NCBI RefSeq assembly: GCF_001194135.2
Contig: NC_068990.1
Span: 21,242,294-21,278,727 of the forward strand
DNA length: 36,434 bases
Origin: Octopus bimaculoides
Taxonomy: Eukaryota
Direction of reading: 5' to 3'
Shown: in pieces, positions 33,311 to 36,434 of the stretch
Position numbering within the stretch: the first letter of the stretch is position 1
How the letters are laid out: each line of letters opens with the position of its first letter
The notes under the pieces: generated by a model
Database searches by the model: none
What the model saw: only the letters and a program-made list of their open reading frames with translations
What the model was told of the DNA's origin: nothing
Program-made: the position numbers and the translations under genes

Positions 33311-33924
33311 CTTACATAATATCCGAAACATTTGAGGAGTTAAAACGGGATGTATGATTAACATATATTAACAATAAAAAGGAAACATATACCATGTATT
33401 CAAACCTGTTCATTCTGTTTGTTCTATCCAATCTGTGTATGTGTGTGTGTGCTTACGCTGGAATATGTCCTCATATACTTCTGTCACATGCGGTTGGTGT
33501 CAGCAAATTTTTACTCACTTATGTCTTTTAAACGGTTAAAACATTGATACGTATATTTAACACCTTCTATTCATCGTATAGCTAGTAACGTGGATTGCCA
33601 GAAGATTGTTCAGGTCATGATGCCAATTACCTCCCTTAATTTTAACAGCCATCAATTTATTCTAATTGAGAATAAATTACGTACTGGTCATGATGCCAAT
33701 GAAGAGGTCCAAATAGTGATTAGTCTTATAGTTTGTCTTGTAGATGAGAAAAGGCAGTCGGTGCTTTGGGAAATTTTATAAATGTAAAAAAGAAAAAAAA
33801 CTGCAAGGGATTCCTACGCGAGCATGAGAAATGTTTGATAAAAAGAATACAGCTATGAATGTAGGACACAATCGTGTTTTCTATACAAAATTTACTCAAA
33901 TACGCATAAGGTATATATTCATAT

Positions 33925-33967
33925 ATGTGTGCGTGTGTGTGCGTGTGTCTGCGTGTGTGTGCGCGTG

Positions 33968-34030
<63 letters not shown>
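33925..34030. repeat. (TG)/(TA) tract adjoining gap 34031-34864
   Basis: Direct reading. Confidence 0.95.
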
Positions 34031-34919
34031 NNNNNNNNNNNNNNNNNNNNNNNNNNNNNNNNNNNNNNNNNNNNNNNNNNNNNNNNNNNNNNNNNNNNNN
34101 NNNNNNNNNNNNNNNNNNNNNNNNNNNNNNNNNNNNNNNNNNNNNNNNNNNNNNNNNNNNNNNNNNNNNNNNNNNNNNNNNNNNNNNNNNNNNNNNNNNN
34201 NNNNNNNNNNNNNNNNNNNNNNNNNNNNNNNNNNNNNNNNNNNNNNNNNNNNNNNNNNNNNNNNNNNNNNNNNNNNNNNNNNNNNNNNNNNNNNNNNNNN
34301 NNNNNNNNNNNNNNNNNNNNNNNNNNNNNNNNNNNNNNNNNNNNNNNNNNNNNNNNNNNNNNNNNNNNNNNNNNNNNNNNNNNNNNNNNNNNNNNNNNNN
34401 NNNNNNNNNNNNNNNNNNNNNNNNNNNNNNNNNNNNNNNNNNNNNNNNNNNNNNNNNNNNNNNNNNNNNNNNNNNNNNNNNNNNNNNNNNNNNNNNNNNN
34501 NNNNNNNNNNNNNNNNNNNNNNNNNNNNNNNNNNNNNNNNNNNNNNNNNNNNNNNNNNNNNNNNNNNNNNNNNNNNNNNNNNNNNNNNNNNNNNNNNNNN
34601 NNNNNNNNNNNNNNNNNNNNNNNNNNNNNNNNNNNNNNNNNNNNNNNNNNNNNNNNNNNNNNNNNNNNNNNNNNNNNNNNNNNNNNNNNNNNNNNNNNNN
34701 NNNNNNNNNNNNNNNNNNNNNNNNNNNNNNNNNNNNNNNNNNNNNNNNNNNNNNNNNNNNNNNNNNNNNNNNNNNNNNNNNNNNNNNNNNNNNNNNNNNN
34801 NNNNNNNNNNNNNNNNNNNNNNNNNNNNNNNNNNNNNNNNNNNNNNNNNNNNNNNNNNNNNNNNTTTGTTTTCTTTTAATATTTATTATTTTCTCTCTCT
34901 CTCTTCACTTCATGCTTAG

Positions 34920-35395
34920 CCTGATCATCAATGTCATCATCCTGGTGATGATGATGGTGATGATGATGATGATCATGATGATGATAATCATGATGATGAT
35001 TAGGAGGAGGATGATTAGGAGGAGGATGATGGTGATGATGATGATGATGATGCTGGTTGATGATAACGATGCTTGTGGTGGTGTTGTTGTTGGTATTGGT
35101 GGTAATGGTAGTGGTGATGGTGATGATTATGATGATGATGATGATGATGATGGTGATAGTGATAGCGGGGTGGGATGATGGTGGTGGTGATGATGGTGGC
35201 AGTGTTGGAAGTGATGATGGTGAGGTTGATGATGATGGTGGTGGTGGTATTGGTGGTGGTGATGATGATGATGATGTCGACATGATCGTTTTTATAGTGA
35301 TCATGATGCACATCACGATCCGCATCATCCCCGTCATGAAAATCAGCAGCAGCAGTAGCAGTAGCAGCAGCACCACAGCAATAGCATCGTCAGCC
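34920..35395. repeat. degenerate (GAT)/(GGT)/(CAG) trinucleotide region
   Basis: Direct reading. Confidence 0.9.
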
Positions 35396-35640
35396 TAGCC
35401 ACAAGGACCACGAACCACCATTATTATCATCATCACTACCGAATACCACAACAGCACCATCATCGCAGCCACCTAACACGACTCAGCAGTTTAATGTCAG
35501 TTGGACCGACCGCCGTATATAACTGGTACCAATTAGCATCGAAGCCAAAGGATGATAAGCTAAGCGAACAGCGAGAGCTTGTGTTATGAGGACAAGAAAG
35601 AGGTGATTTAAACCTGAAGATCGATTAGAATCAGTATAAT

Positions 35641-35838
35641 ACTGATTTCAAATACTGGCACGCGGCAAGCAATTTCGATTACACCGACCTCAATGCTCAG
35701 CTGGTGCTTGTTTTATCGATCTGGAAAGGATGAACAGCAAAATCGACCTCGGCAGAATTTGAACTCAGAACTCAAAAACGGACGAAATGCCGCTAAGCGT
35801 TTTTCCCGACATGGCAACGATTCTGCCAGGCTGCTACC
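35641..35838 (-). mobile_element. SINE family B, diverged
   Basis: CGATTACACCGACC...GAAAGGATGAACAGCAAAATCGACCTCGGCAGAATTTGAACTCAG...AACGATTCTGCCAG. Confidence 0.87.
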
Positions 35839-35841
35839 ACT

Positions 35842-36058
35842 CGTTTGAAATGTTGGTGCAAGGGCACTGAGTTCGGGGGAGGGATGAGTCGATTACATCA
35901 ATCCCCACCGTGTTTAACAACTGGTACTTAATTTATCGACCCCGAAAGGATAGAAACAAAAGTCGGCCCAGACGGAATGTGAACTCAGAACGTAAAGACG
36001 GACGAAATGCCGCTAAACATTTTATCCGTCGTGCTAACGATTCTGCCAGCTCAACGTC
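35842..36058 (-). mobile_element. SINE family B, full-length
   Basis: ACTGGTACTTAATTTATCGACCCCGAAAGGA...GTGCTAACGATTCTGCCAGCTC. Confidence 0.9.
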
Positions 36059-36115
36059 AATAATATAATGTACTTTAAAGAGCAAATGTTTTTGAAGCAT
36101 TATATATCGTTTCAA

Positions 36116-36349
36116 AGGCGGCGAGCTGGCAGAATCGTTAGCACGCCGGGCGAAATGCTTAGCGGTATTTCGTCTGCCGTTACGTTATGTGTTCAATTTC
36201 CACCGAGATCGACTTTGCCTTTCATCCTTTTGGGGTCGATAAATTAAGTACCAGTTACGCACCGGGGTCGATCTAATCGACTTAATCCCTTTGCCTGTCC
36301 TTGTTTGTCCCCTCTATGTTTAGCCTCTTGTGGGTAATAAGGAAATAAG
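36116..36349 (+). mobile_element. SINE family B full-length, long-tail variant
   Basis: AGGCGGCGAGCTGGCAGAATCGTTAGCACGCCGGGCG...GTCGATCTAATCGAC...GTGGGTAATAAGGAAATAAG. Confidence 0.95.
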
Positions 36350-36434
36350 AAACGTTAGCACGCCGGGCGAAATGCTTAGCGGTATTTCGTCTGCCGTTAC
36401 GTTATGTGTTCAATTTCCACCGAGATCGACTTTG
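36350..36434 (+). mobile_element. SINE family B second monomer lacking its first ~16 nt (runs off window)
   Basis: AAACGTTAGCACGCCGGGCG...CGAGATCGACTTTG, essentially identical to 36131-36217. Confidence 0.92.

Overview
AT-rich, microsatellite-saturated eukaryotic DNA with nine N gaps, each abutting a simple repeat. It looks like intronic or intergenic sequence from a short-read animal assembly. The SINE families and microsatellite density recall Octopus; that is inference from memory, not a database result. No complete protein-coding gene is supportable, and nearly all supplied ORFs are microsatellite or gap artefacts. The window is a transposon graveyard: (i) about 6 copies of a tRNA-headed SINE ('family A') with an internal microsatellite; (ii) about 20 whole or partial copies of a second tRNA-headed SINE ('family B', several 3' tail variants, often clustered, dimeric or inverted); (iii) two clear 3' relics of restriction-like-endonuclease (RLE, R4/Dong-type) non-LTR retrotransposons, one directly behind a (TAA)n array, plus a possible third, much older RLE relic; (iv) two RTE-clade LINE relics; (v) a decayed mariner transposase with one TIR; (vi) a 127-bp Tc1/mariner MITE with TA TSDs; (vii) a hAT-like end and a possible piggyBac relic. 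Three short candidate host exons are noted at low confidence. I found no clearly new biological system. The best leads are microsatellite-targeted RLE elements, modular and dimeric SINE architecture, and a duplicated 90-bp flank better conserved than its adjacent SINE.
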